39,388 nucleotides of DNA from an uncultured Phycisphaerales bacterium (lineage in GTDB: Bacteria; Planctomycetota; Phycisphaerae; Phycisphaerales; UBA1924): contig CALAFV010000276.1 of NCBI GenBank assembly GCA_937891445.1, positions 1 to 39,388 on the forward strand, read 5' to 3'. The stretch's first letter is position 1. Each line of letters begins with the position of its first letter. The position numbers were made by a program, and so were the translations under genes. Positions 9,401 to 15,829 of this stretch are shown here, in pieces. Below the pieces are notes generated by a model. The model was not told the origin of the DNA. It worked only from the letters and a program-made list of their open reading frames with translations, and searched no databases.

Positions 9401-11028
9401 GGACGATCAACTCCGACACGACCGCGCGGGCGCTGCGGGTGGAGACCAGTGGCAACGGTGCGACGTCGTTCGGCGGTGTGGTCGGCGGCACGTCGCCGCT
9501 TGCCTCGCTGTTCACGAACGCCGACGGCACCACCCGCCTGGGGACCAACATCTTCACCACGGGCGGCATGACGTTCCTCGACGCCGTGACCCTCACCGGC
9601 GACGTGCTGCTCCGCGACACCGGCGCCACGGGCATCGCCTTCGGCGGCACGATCAACAGCGACTCCAGCTCAACCCCGCGTGGGCTGACGCTCCTGGTCA
9701 ACACGGACACCTCCGGCAACCCGCTGGCGACGCCGATCCCGGTCATCTCCTTCGGCGGCAATGTCGGCGCCACTGCGGCGCTGTCGTACCTGCGGCTGAA
9801 CTACGACGAGGGCACGGGCGTGGACGGGCGGTCGACGCCCACCGCCGCGGCGACGATCGTCGCGCGGCCGCTGGACGCGACGGGCCAGCCGATCCCGGTG
9901 GACGGCTCGTTCGACCGCAACTTCGGCGTCTCGATCAACGCCCAGACGGTGACGATGGGCTTCAACGAGAAGTTCACGTCGCTCGGCGGGCTGTCGATCA
10001 CCGCGTCCAACCAGGCCCGGCTCGGCGACCTGACCGCCGCGGGCGATCTGGTCGTCAACTCCCCGTCGATCGTGCTCCGGGCCCGCAACGCCGGCGGGAC
10101 GCTGGACAAGGACGGCCTGCCGGACTTCGACACGGGGCTGGACATCGTCGGGCGGACGGTGAACTTCGCCGTGACGCCCACGATTGAGGGCGAGGGCTTC
10201 CCGCCCGTTACGTTCGGCACCGAGGACGGCACCGGCGACGTTGCTGGGACGCTGACGATGTTCTCGTTCCGCAGCTTCGGGTCGACGGACCCGGAGAACC
10301 TGGTCCTGAACAACGTGCCTCTCGACGCCCGCTCGGTCGGCCCGACCAACACCAACATCGCTCCGACGATCGCGGGCGCGATCCCGCGCGAGCGTCAGAG
10401 CGGCGACATCTCGCAGGACACCACGGTCGGCCAGTCCCAGCAGGAACAACTGCGCCAGCTGGGCATCTTCGCCCGCGAGCTGCGGCTGGATGAGTTCCTG
10501 GCGTTCCTCGTCGGCCGCTCGATCTACGACGACTACCCGACCCGCCCCGACCCCGATCCGATCGCGGGCGGCTACCAGGTGGCGGTGACGCGCCTCGCGG
10601 CCGACCGCGTCGAGCACCTGCTGGCGACGTACGACAGCATCTACAACCGCGACGTGGTGGACGAGAACGGACAGGCCGTCGTGGATCCGCAGACCGGGCG
10701 CACGCTCCGCGAGCCGCGCACCGAGGAAATCCGCGAGGCGCTGCAACTGGCGGTGCGCGAATACCGGCGCACCTCCGAGAGCCGCGAGTTCGACCCGGTG
10801 GGCTTCAGGGCCTACCTCGAGCAGACGCCGGAGCACGCCGAGGCGCTCGAGTTCATCGAGGGCCTGCGAGACCTGCTGACCCAGCTCGAACTCATCGGCC
10901 TGACGCCGCTGGAGTTCAGCGTCGCGCGGGACACGCTGCTCAAGGAGATCACTCCCCGCGGCATCCGCGCCGCCGACCTCCAGGCGGTGGTCACCGGGCA
11001 GCCGGCCGTTCCCGCCATCATCGAGTAA
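418..11028 (+). CDS. TpsA-type giant filamentous-haemagglutinin-like beta-helical exoprotein (3536 aa)
   Basis: RBS GAGGAG (405-410) precedes ATG 418. Signal peptide ...VLSLLAGPVFA|GPEGG. TPS/haemagglutination-activity domain motifs are present: NAIINWNSFNI, ARFVQP, VLNRISG, IDGTLLANGTVYLVNPAGVMFG. These are followed by more than 3000 aa of Gly/Thr/Ala/Asp/Asn-rich repeats. TAA stop at 11026-11028. Confidence 0.93.
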   Translation: MKTAMGRKSRLGGGVVGLSLGKYAFVGGGVLSLLAGPVFAGPEGGQVVRGNATISRSGDVTTIHAGHNAIINWNSFNIAGHETARFVQPDASSRVLNRISGAAPSVIDGTLLANGTVYLVNPAGVMFGKDAVINVGGIYAAAGHLSDENFLAGINHFQHVQGAVTNDGRIDAGVAHLIGKQVTNNGVILAHDAMTMVAGSDVYIGQHLGRMMVRVDATEAAAASATPASTGVTNSGTVAAPRVTMAAGDMYSLAIRNTGTVRGSDIALQGGRGGKVEVSGTLDASDTAPGRTGGHVEVLGERVVLDGATIDASGAAGGGTVLVGGDYQGKGLTPTAQRTAVSADSVVRADATEKGDGGKVIFWADDATGFFGHASARGGPEGGDGGFVEVSGKNYLSLTGTVNTSAPKGKVGTLLLDPTDVEVVAGDVNSLDDVDAFLDDDIGPGMTQIGANTIVEGLDDADVIIRATRDIIVSADIDASGNSETHDLVLEAGRSIEIGANITLHGGFTAIVNSASNDAGSHPEAAVFTMNVDTKIDTSATDSPITITLLGGAGGADPTGHITLRDLDAGAGGIFVTNVGPTPNSGIVTAGTITGGVITFNSRDGVHLGGNLVGNGEVTLNTDLNNDGNGGLGVDDGFGVTTNNHRLIISGANLNLNATGTLSSGTAEMVIGVTNNGGVGLGDGTGEMQISGSELQRITAATLTIGANGSFDVNNVMGADSANIGTVVLEATGGDSSSITFQTAASTFHALTARADGDVTVSADLTTDTGGLTLEADADGSGIGELTLDENVILDSSSNLIRLAAASLAIDDSAVISAGAADVEFLPSTASASIGIEDATRDFYIREEDLLAVSTTGAVYVGHVDGSHQITIGTDAPVDLSSKNYDLVLRSPGGVLTPAGSVTFINNGLTGATNRIVNFVTGTVTGLDAPATSVTIGGATGTLRFETSGSVTMNTAVARVFDSHAGGGLTLSNTGALDLIQVGVDGAMNVAGTGAINLSQIDVNAGSLTVTAGGAVDLAQVDVQGPMSVTAGGTITDSGNLSINGAVTLKTLNNAGADITLDSAGNMFGTITAAALMMDDETPAGGDITIVENGTIAINGVQTAGNASFQAANGMTLASVNVGGNATFIAGQAITDSGALTIGGVATFRTLNDAGANITLDNTSSTFGSIIAAARNAADSADAAGDISIFQSGDMALTTVRTAGNVSFESTGAMDLGSITVGGTGTFVARGAITDSADLSIGSTSTFRTMNNAGADITLDSAGNVFGSITATARTANDQNPANGNITIVENGAMTLAVVRTAGNASFQAAGGMDLGSVQVGGAASFVAGQAITDSGATTVTGAVTFRTLNDAGAAITIDNAGSSFGSVTAEARNAANNADAPGAILIREDSTMDVAAVRTTSTVELRATDINITGAVVGSTITLRPVQATAPIALNGADATFSLSTADLGFLDASNGVIIGAVAGATGGNISIGQSGAIDLSAETYDLTLRGNAVTFTNGITLGDNRTLTFNTGRVDGSNPAVDVTIRGGNGTVVFDIASDATAGVNIDTDVDRLGASDVRVGNLVLRNGATPLTIGGQVNVNTSTATIEADSLEVSGPVNAGAIVVRPFTAGRAINLNSGAGGLDLSAAELANLNTLGAVTIGAANSGPIAIGGDGAIDLSGENWASLTLRGGALTFSDTLTLRDNSTLTLATGAITSAPAGVDVVIGGTDGSLVIDATGAVGSAANPLSTDVDRLAATTTSGGVFVTNAGTFAVATIGGVSGVTAAAGEDVELTTTVGDINGEASSPITGDTVTLTAAGEIGDTGAVATATGTLVATAGSGINISNTAPALTATLTSTTGQALLSTSGTLAMGGAWSAGSLDVRATDIDVSQPITTTGSTAIRRSTPGTMGVGDINPADFDMSLTVAELQNITANGLILGGGNVSLLTVNGYDGATLPNITGTVSVLATAPGGSVVFGPTASTFPALTATAENGIDVNAPIATTVGAMTLNGDSDGAVDGDDSIVFAAGLIIESQGAMTFSAANGGIVGTGDLTLRTLNTGADLTINDSINIAGTLNLASGGAITLNATTADVVEITSEDGITLEDDLTTTAATIINADSDMTGPGTLTVGPGATISTTGHSLRILAADLVLEGQITTGDAALTIRQSNGGPIALGAGGTGMMISSEELSRMTAGSLTIGGDTTSAITVGGIDAADLQGIAGGVTLDASAPSGTVTFAGADSTFGLLTIKAGAGIALNAGLDTGGAALTINADADDDGTGVLTVGVGGTVTSSGGDLTITAADATIDGTISSGAGAFTILASGNRPVGLGATAVVDGLNLSGAELGRLSGASLTVGGPNGGSITVDGVTAAASQGFDGGVNLVAGADGGRIIFTGGASTFRSLSASADNGIAVNADVTTTAGALTFNGDADGAADGLDGITFGGTRTVTAAGTLTLKTTNGSVGATGPLTLSAGDLVLGAPLAAPGQAVTITRSSSGTIGLGDVDADAFDMTISNDELASITAGSLTIGGDQTTLVEVNSVPFESADGIAGVLTLRASADGGRVRFVGGASEFVTLTVQADDGVDFDQNVTARLGAMDVDGDLDGAPDTRDSVMIAGDVELSAGGALTIRATTGGIRLTGGRGTTNVMRSAADQALTLDRVTADAGASLTLTSQGILALSGVDLGTGDFTATADVDSDTDGVTFSLQDITAHNIVLSAGTDNNDTILISTDFAAGGNLIIRNASVVELAGDVDLTAGGHINLAEGVGTLRLTGAAGTTNILEALGDGAITLSNVTATNNANLVLRAEDTVAISSLNIGSGSLTINIDTDNDGENVATLGSLTAGSITASGTGSNDNLTINGDLTASGAGGITLEGGAIVLHNNLTASAGPVTLTGFIRLTNDVTVDTSNADKDVSFQGLIDGEFRLTVDAGSGNVLFGGAVGSSTPLTGLIVSDAGGLRFDGNVAVGTHGLALSADSISLGGSVNSVGDVTFSGPLTLTTDVTIAGNDVTFSGTINSDTTARALRVETSGNGATSFGGVVGGTSPLASLFTNADGTTRLGTNIFTTGGMTFLDAVTLTGDVLLRDTGATGIAFGGTINSDSSSTPRGLTLLVNTDTSGNPLATPIPVISFGGNVGATAALSYLRLNYDEGTGVDGRSTPTAAATIVARPLDATGQPIPVDGSFDRNFGVSINAQTVTMGFNEKFTSLGGLSITASNQARLGDLTAAGDLVVNSPSIVLRARNAGGTLDKDGLPDFDTGLDIVGRTVNFAVTPTIEGEGFPPVTFGTEDGTGDVAGTLTMFSFRSFGSTDPENLVLNNVPLDARSVGPTNTNIAPTIAGAIPRERQSGDISQDTTVGQSQQEQLRQLGIFARELRLDEFLAFLVGRSIYDDYPTRPDPDPIAGGYQVAVTRLAADRVEHLLATYDSIYNRDVVDENGQAVVDPQTGRTLREPRTEEIREALQLAVREYRRTSESREFDPVGFRAYLEQTPEHAEALEFIEGLRDLLTQLELIGLTPLEFSVARDTLLKEITPRGIRAADLQAVVTGQPAVPAIIE
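3481..4640 (+). repeat. In-frame tandem repeat inside tpsA: about 3.8 units of 297 nt (99 aa), organised as a 594-nt A-B-A'-B' super-repeat
   Basis: The anchor string ctcaac(a/g)acgccgg... (LN[ND]AGA.IT[LI]D) recurs at 3571, 3868, 4165 and 4462, an exact 297-nt spacing. Units 1 and 3 resemble each other (..DSAGN[MV]FG[TS]ITA..NITIVENG..) more than their neighbours do, and so do units 2 and 4 (..FGS[IV].A.ARNAA[DN].ADA.G..). Confidence 0.85.
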
Positions 11029-11034
11029 CCCCCG

Positions 11035-11059
11035 GGCGGCCCACGGGCCGCCTTTTTTT
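11035..11059 (+). terminator. Rho-independent terminator of the TPS operon
   Basis: GGCGGCC(11035-11041)-CACG-GGCCGCC(11046-11052) forms a GC stem, followed by T7 (11053-11059). It starts 7 nt after the tpsA stop. Confidence 0.8.
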
Positions 11060-11079
11060 CGCACGCACGAAAGCGACCC

Positions 11080-12168
11080 ATGGCCTCAGTCGATCTCGAC
11101 ACCCTCCTTGCCGACCTCTCGCCCGAGTCCCCCTGCGGCGAGGACCTCTCCTACGACCCCGCCTTCCTCGAACTGGAGCGCATCGCTCAGGGAACGCCGG
11201 AGCAGCAGATCGGCGACACGATCATCCCCGCCGAGGAGCCCAGTTGGCGGGAGGTCAAGGACAAGGCGGACGAACTCTGGGGACGCTCGCGCGATCTGCG
11301 CGTCTTGCTCTACCGCACGCTGGCCGACTTGAAACTCCGCGGTCTCCCGGGGCTCCGGGATGGGCTCGTCCTGCTGCACGCGCTGGTCGAGCGGCATTGG
11401 GAGAACCTTTTCCCGAAGCTCGACCCGGACGATGACAACGACCCGACCGAACGCCTGAACATCATCGCGGCTCTGGCCGCGCCGCCCGAATCGTTCGGCG
11501 ACCCGATGATGTTCCAGCGGCGGGTCCGCGAGGCCCCGCTGACCGATTCGCGCCGGCTCGGCCGGTTCGGCATGCGGGACATCCTGGTGGCCCGGGGCGA
11601 ACTGACGCTTCCGGTCGCCCCGGACGGCTCTTCGCCCCCGGACATGGCGGTGATCGAGGGCGCGTTCGACGACACCGCTACGGAGTCGCTCGAGGAGGTG
11701 TCGCGAGCGGCGACCGAGAGCCTGGAAGCCATCAAGGCGCTCTCAACGGCCCTCGACGAGCGAGTCGGTCTGGGCAACGCCCCCAGTCTCAAGAGCTTTG
11801 AGACGCTGCTGTCTGCGATCGCCAAGGAGGTCGCGGCTCAGATCGCCAAGAAGACGGGCGGGGCGCTCCCCGAGGAGGCCGAGGGGGCCGGCGGCAACGG
11901 CGTCGCGGCGCCGGCGGGGGGAGGAGGCGGCGGTGCGCCCCTGAGCGGCGACATCCGGTCTGCCCGCGATGTTCTTTTGGCGTTAGACAAGGTCGCCCGA
12001 TACTATCAGCAGGCGGAGATCTCCAGCCCCGTCCCGCTGTTTATCGGGGCCGCTCGCCAGCTGGTTTCGAAGAGTTTCGTGGAGATCACCAGGATCCTGA
12101 CGCCCGACCTTGTGCGCCAGGTGGAGGAGATCGCCAACCCCGGGAGCTACTCCGAAGAGGAGTCGTAA
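11080..12168 (+). CDS. tssA: T6SS protein TssA (short, ImpA_N-containing, 362 aa)
   Basis: ImpA N-terminal signature DLSPESPCGEDLSYDPAFLELERIAQG. It is the first gene of a tssABC-hcp operon and has a Gly-rich linker before a C-terminal helical domain. Confidence 0.85.
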   Translation: MASVDLDTLLADLSPESPCGEDLSYDPAFLELERIAQGTPEQQIGDTIIPAEEPSWREVKDKADELWGRSRDLRVLLYRTLADLKLRGLPGLRDGLVLLHALVERHWENLFPKLDPDDDNDPTERLNIIAALAAPPESFGDPMMFQRRVREAPLTDSRRLGRFGMRDILVARGELTLPVAPDGSSPPDMAVIEGAFDDTATESLEEVSRAATESLEAIKALSTALDERVGLGNAPSLKSFETLLSAIAKEVAAQIAKKTGGALPEEAEGAGGNGVAAPAGGGGGGAPLSGDIRSARDVLLALDKVARYYQQAEISSPVPLFIGAARQLVSKSFVEITRILTPDLVRQVEEIANPGSYSEEES

Positions 12169-12242
12169 GCCCGTAGCGGCCGCGCCGGCGCTCCCGCCGT
12201 CGGCGCTGAACCAAGGGCCGGCGGGAAGACGAAAGGGTCGGT

Positions 12243-12755
12243 ATGGCAAAGGCAAGCTCACAGAAGTTCATCGCCCGCAACCGGGCGCCGCGCGTGCAGA
12301 TCGAGTACGACCTGGAGCTGTACGGCGCTCAAAAGAAGATCAACCTGCCCTTCGTCATGGGTGTGATGGCCGACCTGTCGGGCAACCCGGCCGAACCCCT
12401 GCCCGCGGTGGCGGATCGCAAGTTCCTGACGATCGACGTCGATAACTTCGACGAGCGGCTCAAGAGCATGAAGCCGCGGGTCGCCTTCACGGTTCCCAAC
12501 ACGCTGACGGGCGAGGGGAACCTGGCGGTGGACATCACGTTCGAGAGCATGGACGACTTCTCGCCCGACGCGGTGGCGAAGAAGGTCGAGCCGTTGCGGA
12601 AACTGCTCGAGGCCCGCACGCAGCTGTCCAACCTGCTGTCCTACATGGACGGCAAGAGCGGCGCCGAGCAACTGGTCGGGAAGCTGCTGAGCGACCCGGC
12701 GCTGCTGCAGGCCCTGGCGTCCAACGCCAAGCCCCAGGAGGGATCCAATGGCTGA
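12243..12755 (+). CDS. tssB: T6SS contractile sheath small subunit TssB/VipA
   Basis: N-terminus KFIARNRAPRVQIEYDLELYGAQKKINLPFVMGVMADLSG is the canonical TssB signature. 170 aa. Its stop overlaps the tssC start (ATGGCTGA). Confidence 0.95.
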   Translation: MAKASSQKFIARNRAPRVQIEYDLELYGAQKKINLPFVMGVMADLSGNPAEPLPAVADRKFLTIDVDNFDERLKSMKPRVAFTVPNTLTGEGNLAVDITFESMDDFSPDAVAKKVEPLRKLLEARTQLSNLLSYMDGKSGAEQLVGKLLSDPALLQALASNAKPQEGSNG

Positions 12756-14241
12756 AGCCCAGCAACAAGGACAGGCCGCCGGCCAGACGATGGAGCTCGG
12801 CGAGTTCGACAAACTCCTGCAGAAGGAGTTCAAGCCGAAGACCGACCACGCCAAGAGCGCGATCCAGAGCGCGGTGCAGACGCTCGCGGCGCAGGCCCTG
12901 GCCGACACGGCGCTGATCGGCGACGACGCGATCAAGACGATCGAGGCGATCATCGCCGAGATCGACCGCAAGCTCACCGAGCAGGTCAACCTGATCATCC
13001 ACCACCCGGACTTCCAGACTCTGGAGGGCGCCTGGCGCGGGCTGAAGCATCTCGTCAGCAACACCGAGACCGACGAGACGCTCAAGATCCGCGTCATGAA
13101 CATCTCCAAGAAGGAGCTGGGCAAGACCATCAAGAAGTACAAGGGCACGGCCTGGGACCAGAGCCCGCTGTTCAAGAAGCTCTACGAGGACGAGTTCGGC
13201 ACGCCGGGCGGCGAGCCCTACGGCTGCCTCGTGGGCGACTACTACTTCGACCACAGCGCGCCCGACGTCGAGATCCTCTCGGGCATCGCCCAGATCGCCG
13301 CCGCCGCCCACTGCCCGTTCATCAGCGGCACCTCGCCGACGCTCCTGAACATGGATTCGTGGCAGGAGCTGGCCGACCCGCGCGACCTCACGAAGATCTT
13401 CACCAGCGCCGAGTACGCCGCCTGGCGCTCGCTCCGCGAGAGCGAGGACGCCCGCTACATCGGCCTGACGATGCCCCGCGTGCTCTCCCGCCTCCCCTAC
13501 GGCGCCAAGACCAACCCGGTCGAGGGCTTCGCGTTCGAGGAGGATACCGGCGCGGCCGACCACTCCAAGTACACGTGGATGAACGCCGCGTACGCGATGG
13601 CCACCAACATCAACCGCGCCTTCAAGCTCTACGGCTGGTGCTCGCGCATCCGCGGGGCCGAGTCGGGCGGCATGGTTGAGGGGCTCCCGGTCCACACCTT
13701 CCCGACCGACGACGGCGGCGTGGACATGAAGTGCCCGACCGAGATCGCGATCACCGACCGGCGCGAGGCCGAGCTGGCCAAGAACGGCCTGATGCCGCTC
13801 TCGCACTGGAAGAACACCGACTACGCCGTCTTCGTCGGCGCCCAGTCGCTGCACAAGCCCGCCGAGTACGACGACCCGGACGCCACGGCCAACGCCAACC
13901 TCGGCGCCCGCCTGCCGTACCTGTTCGCGACCTGCCGCTTCGCGCACTTCCTCAAGTGCATGGTCCGCGACAAGATCGGCTCCTTCAAGGAGCGGGCGGA
14001 CATGGAGACCTGGCTCAACAACTGGATCAACCAGTACGTCGAGCCCGACCCGGCCAACGCCACCGAGGACGCCAAGGCCCGCCGGCCGCTGGCGGCCGCG
14101 GAGGTCAAGGTCGAGGAGGTCCCCGGCAACCCCGGCTACTACTCGTCGAAGTTCTTCCTCCGGCCGCACTACCAGCTCGAAGGGCTCACGGTGTCGTTGC
14201 GGCTGGTCTCCAAGCTCCCCTCCGCCAAGGGCGGCGGCTGA
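12748..14241 (+). CDS. tssC: T6SS contractile sheath large subunit TssC/VipB
   Basis: 497 aa with typical TssC blocks: HHPDFQTLEGAWRGLKHLV, PYGCLVGDYYFD, APFISGTSP, RLPYLFATCRFAHFLKCMVRDKIGSF, YYSSKFFLRPHYQLEG. Confidence 0.97.
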   Translation: MAEAQQQGQAAGQTMELGEFDKLLQKEFKPKTDHAKSAIQSAVQTLAAQALADTALIGDDAIKTIEAIIAEIDRKLTEQVNLIIHHPDFQTLEGAWRGLKHLVSNTETDETLKIRVMNISKKELGKTIKKYKGTAWDQSPLFKKLYEDEFGTPGGEPYGCLVGDYYFDHSAPDVEILSGIAQIAAAAHCPFISGTSPTLLNMDSWQELADPRDLTKIFTSAEYAAWRSLRESEDARYIGLTMPRVLSRLPYGAKTNPVEGFAFEEDTGAADHSKYTWMNAAYAMATNINRAFKLYGWCSRIRGAESGGMVEGLPVHTFPTDDGGVDMKCPTEIAITDRREAELAKNGLMPLSHWKNTDYAVFVGAQSLHKPAEYDDPDATANANLGARLPYLFATCRFAHFLKCMVRDKIGSFKERADMETWLNNWINQYVEPDPANATEDAKARRPLAAAEVKVEEVPGNPGYYSSKFFLRPHYQLEGLTVSLRLVSKLPSAKGGG

Positions 14242-14364
14242 GTATCCGTTCGGTGGGGAAGGCGGGGGGCCGCTCCACGGGTGCGCGGCCGCAAACGCAG
14301 ACACGCACACACAAGCCCGGGTGGCCGGGTGGCACACGTCCGCAGGCTCTAGGGAGGTTCATCC

Positions 14365-14865
14365 ATGGCATACGACGCATTCATCAAGATCGAAGGCATC
14401 AAGGGCGACAGCACCGACTCGGCCCATAAGGACTGGATCGAGGTCAAGGGCTTCAACCACGAGATCAGCCAGGGCGCCGGTGGTTCGCACTCCGCCCAGG
14501 GCGGCCACGCCGGCGGCCGCGCCGACCACAGCGACTTCAGCTTCTCGAAGCTGATGGACAGCGCCACCCCCGTCCTCCACGCCTACTGCTGCGACGGCAA
14601 GCCCATCCCGAAGATCGAGCTGGAGATGTGCCGCGCCCAGGGCGACAAGGTCTGCTTCTTCAAGTACACCTTCGAGGACTCGATCATCTCCGGCGTGGCC
14701 CCGGGCGGCGAGCCCAGCGGCGACGACCTCGTGCCCAGCGAGACCGTCAAGATCCGCTACGGCAAGATCCGCTGGGAGTACACCCCCACCGATCCCAAGA
14801 GCGGCGGCAAGAAGGGCGCCTCCATCAAGGCCGGCTGGGACACCTTCGAGAACAAGAAGCTCTGA
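14365..14865 (+). CDS. hcp: T6SS inner tube protein Hcp
   Basis: MAYDAFIKIEGIKGDSTDSAHKDWIEVKGFNHEISQ is a classic Hcp N-terminus. 166 aa. RBS GGGAGG lies 7 nt upstream. Confidence 0.95.
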   Translation: MAYDAFIKIEGIKGDSTDSAHKDWIEVKGFNHEISQGAGGSHSAQGGHAGGRADHSDFSFSKLMDSATPVLHAYCCDGKPIPKIELEMCRAQGDKVCFFKYTFEDSIISGVAPGGEPSGDDLVPSETVKIRYGKIRWEYTPTDPKSGGKKGASIKAGWDTFENKKL

Positions 14866-14885
14866 TCGCCACCACGGCATCTTCG

Positions 14886-14917
14886 CGCCGGCGCGGCGGA
14901 AGCCGCGTCGGCGTTTT
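14886..14917 (+). terminator. Intrinsic terminator/attenuator downstream of hcp
   Basis: 12-bp stem CGCCGGCGCGGC / GCCGCGTCGGCG with one G-U pair, a GGAA tetraloop, then TTTT (14914-14917). It starts 21 nt after the hcp stop. Confidence 0.7.
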
Positions 14918-14998
14918 CGGTCCGGGACGGGGGACAAGGGCGGCAGGGGCATGCGGGAGGCGGGGGGACCACGGGCGGCGTAGGGGGGAGGAGCGGTC

Positions 14999-15829
14999 AT
15001 GCAAGCCGAGAGTCTGCTGCGTGAGGGCAAGGTTGACGAGGCGCTGAAGGACCTCGAGGCCGCCGTCCGGAAGAACCCCGCCGACGCCAAACTGCGCGTC
15101 TTCCTCTTTCAGCTCCTGTGTGTCATGGGGCAGTGGGAGCGGGCGATGACGCAGCTCAACGTGGCTGCGGAGATGAACCCGGCGAACCTGCTCATGGCCC
15201 AGGTCTGCCGCCCCGCGCTCAACTGCGAGGCCCTCCGAGCCCACGTCTTCGGCGGCGCCCGCGTGCCGCTGGTCATGGGCGAGCCCGAGGAGTGGGTAGG
15301 CTGGATGATCCAGGCCAACCAGATGACCGCCACGGGCCGCCACGCCGAGGGCGCCGCGCTGCGCGAGAAGGCCCTGGAGGCCGCGCCCGCTGTCGCGGGC
15401 TTCCTCGACGGCAAGCCCTTCGAGTGGCTCGCGGACGCCGACGCCCGCCTGGGGCCGATGCTCGAGGTGATCGCGGAAGGGAAGTACTACTGGGTGCCCT
15501 TCAACCGCGTGCTGCGGCTCGACATCGAGGCGCCGACCGACCTGCGCGACGTCGTGTGGACGCCTGGCCGGCTCACGCTCATCAACGGCGGCTCGTTCAT
15601 CGTCCTGCTCCCCGCGCGCTACCCGGGTTCGGAATCGAGCCCGGACGGGCTGATCCGCCTGGCCCGCAAGACCGAGTGGGCCGAGCGCGAGGGCGGCCTG
15701 TTCACCGGCCTGGGGCAGCGCCTCTTCGCGACCGACGGCGGCGAGCAGGGGATCCTCGAGACTCGCTCGATCGTCTTCGGCGACGACCCGAAGGCGGGCG
15801 CCCCGGATCCGGAGCGGGCCGATGGCTGA
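14999..15829 (+). CDS. tagJ: T6SS accessory protein TagJ (ImpE/SciE family)
   Basis: TPR-like N-terminus LREGKVDEALKDLEAAVRKNPADAKLRVFLFQLLCVMGQWERAMTQL, then an ImpE-like C-terminal half (YYWVPFNRV..L). 276 aa. It sits between hcp and tssE, as in H1-type clusters. Confidence 0.85.
   Translation: MQAESLLREGKVDEALKDLEAAVRKNPADAKLRVFLFQLLCVMGQWERAMTQLNVAAEMNPANLLMAQVCRPALNCEALRAHVFGGARVPLVMGEPEEWVGWMIQANQMTATGRHAEGAALREKALEAAPAVAGFLDGKPFEWLADADARLGPMLEVIAEGKYYWVPFNRVLRLDIEAPTDLRDVVWTPGRLTLINGGSFIVLLPARYPGSESSPDGLIRLARKTEWAEREGGLFTGLGQRLFATDGGEQGILETRSIVFGDDPKAGAPDPERADG

Noticed and set aside
418-11028. TpsA as a CdiA-type contact-dependent inhibition toxin
   Set aside because: I found no VENN-like demarcation motif and no small immunity ORF downstream; a terminator and tssA follow directly. 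A toxin role is not excluded, but nothing in the sequence supports it.
12535-14337. 600-aa minus-strand ORF antisense to tssC
   Set aside because: The plus strand encodes a canonical TssC, and the minus-frame translation is Arg/Gly/Leu-rich filler.
14330-14343. Sigma-54-like promoter TGGCAC-N-..GC upstream of hcp
   Set aside because: The GG-to-GC spacing is one nucleotide shorter than the strict -24/-12 consensus. The predicted transcription start would also leave almost no leader before the hcp RBS.
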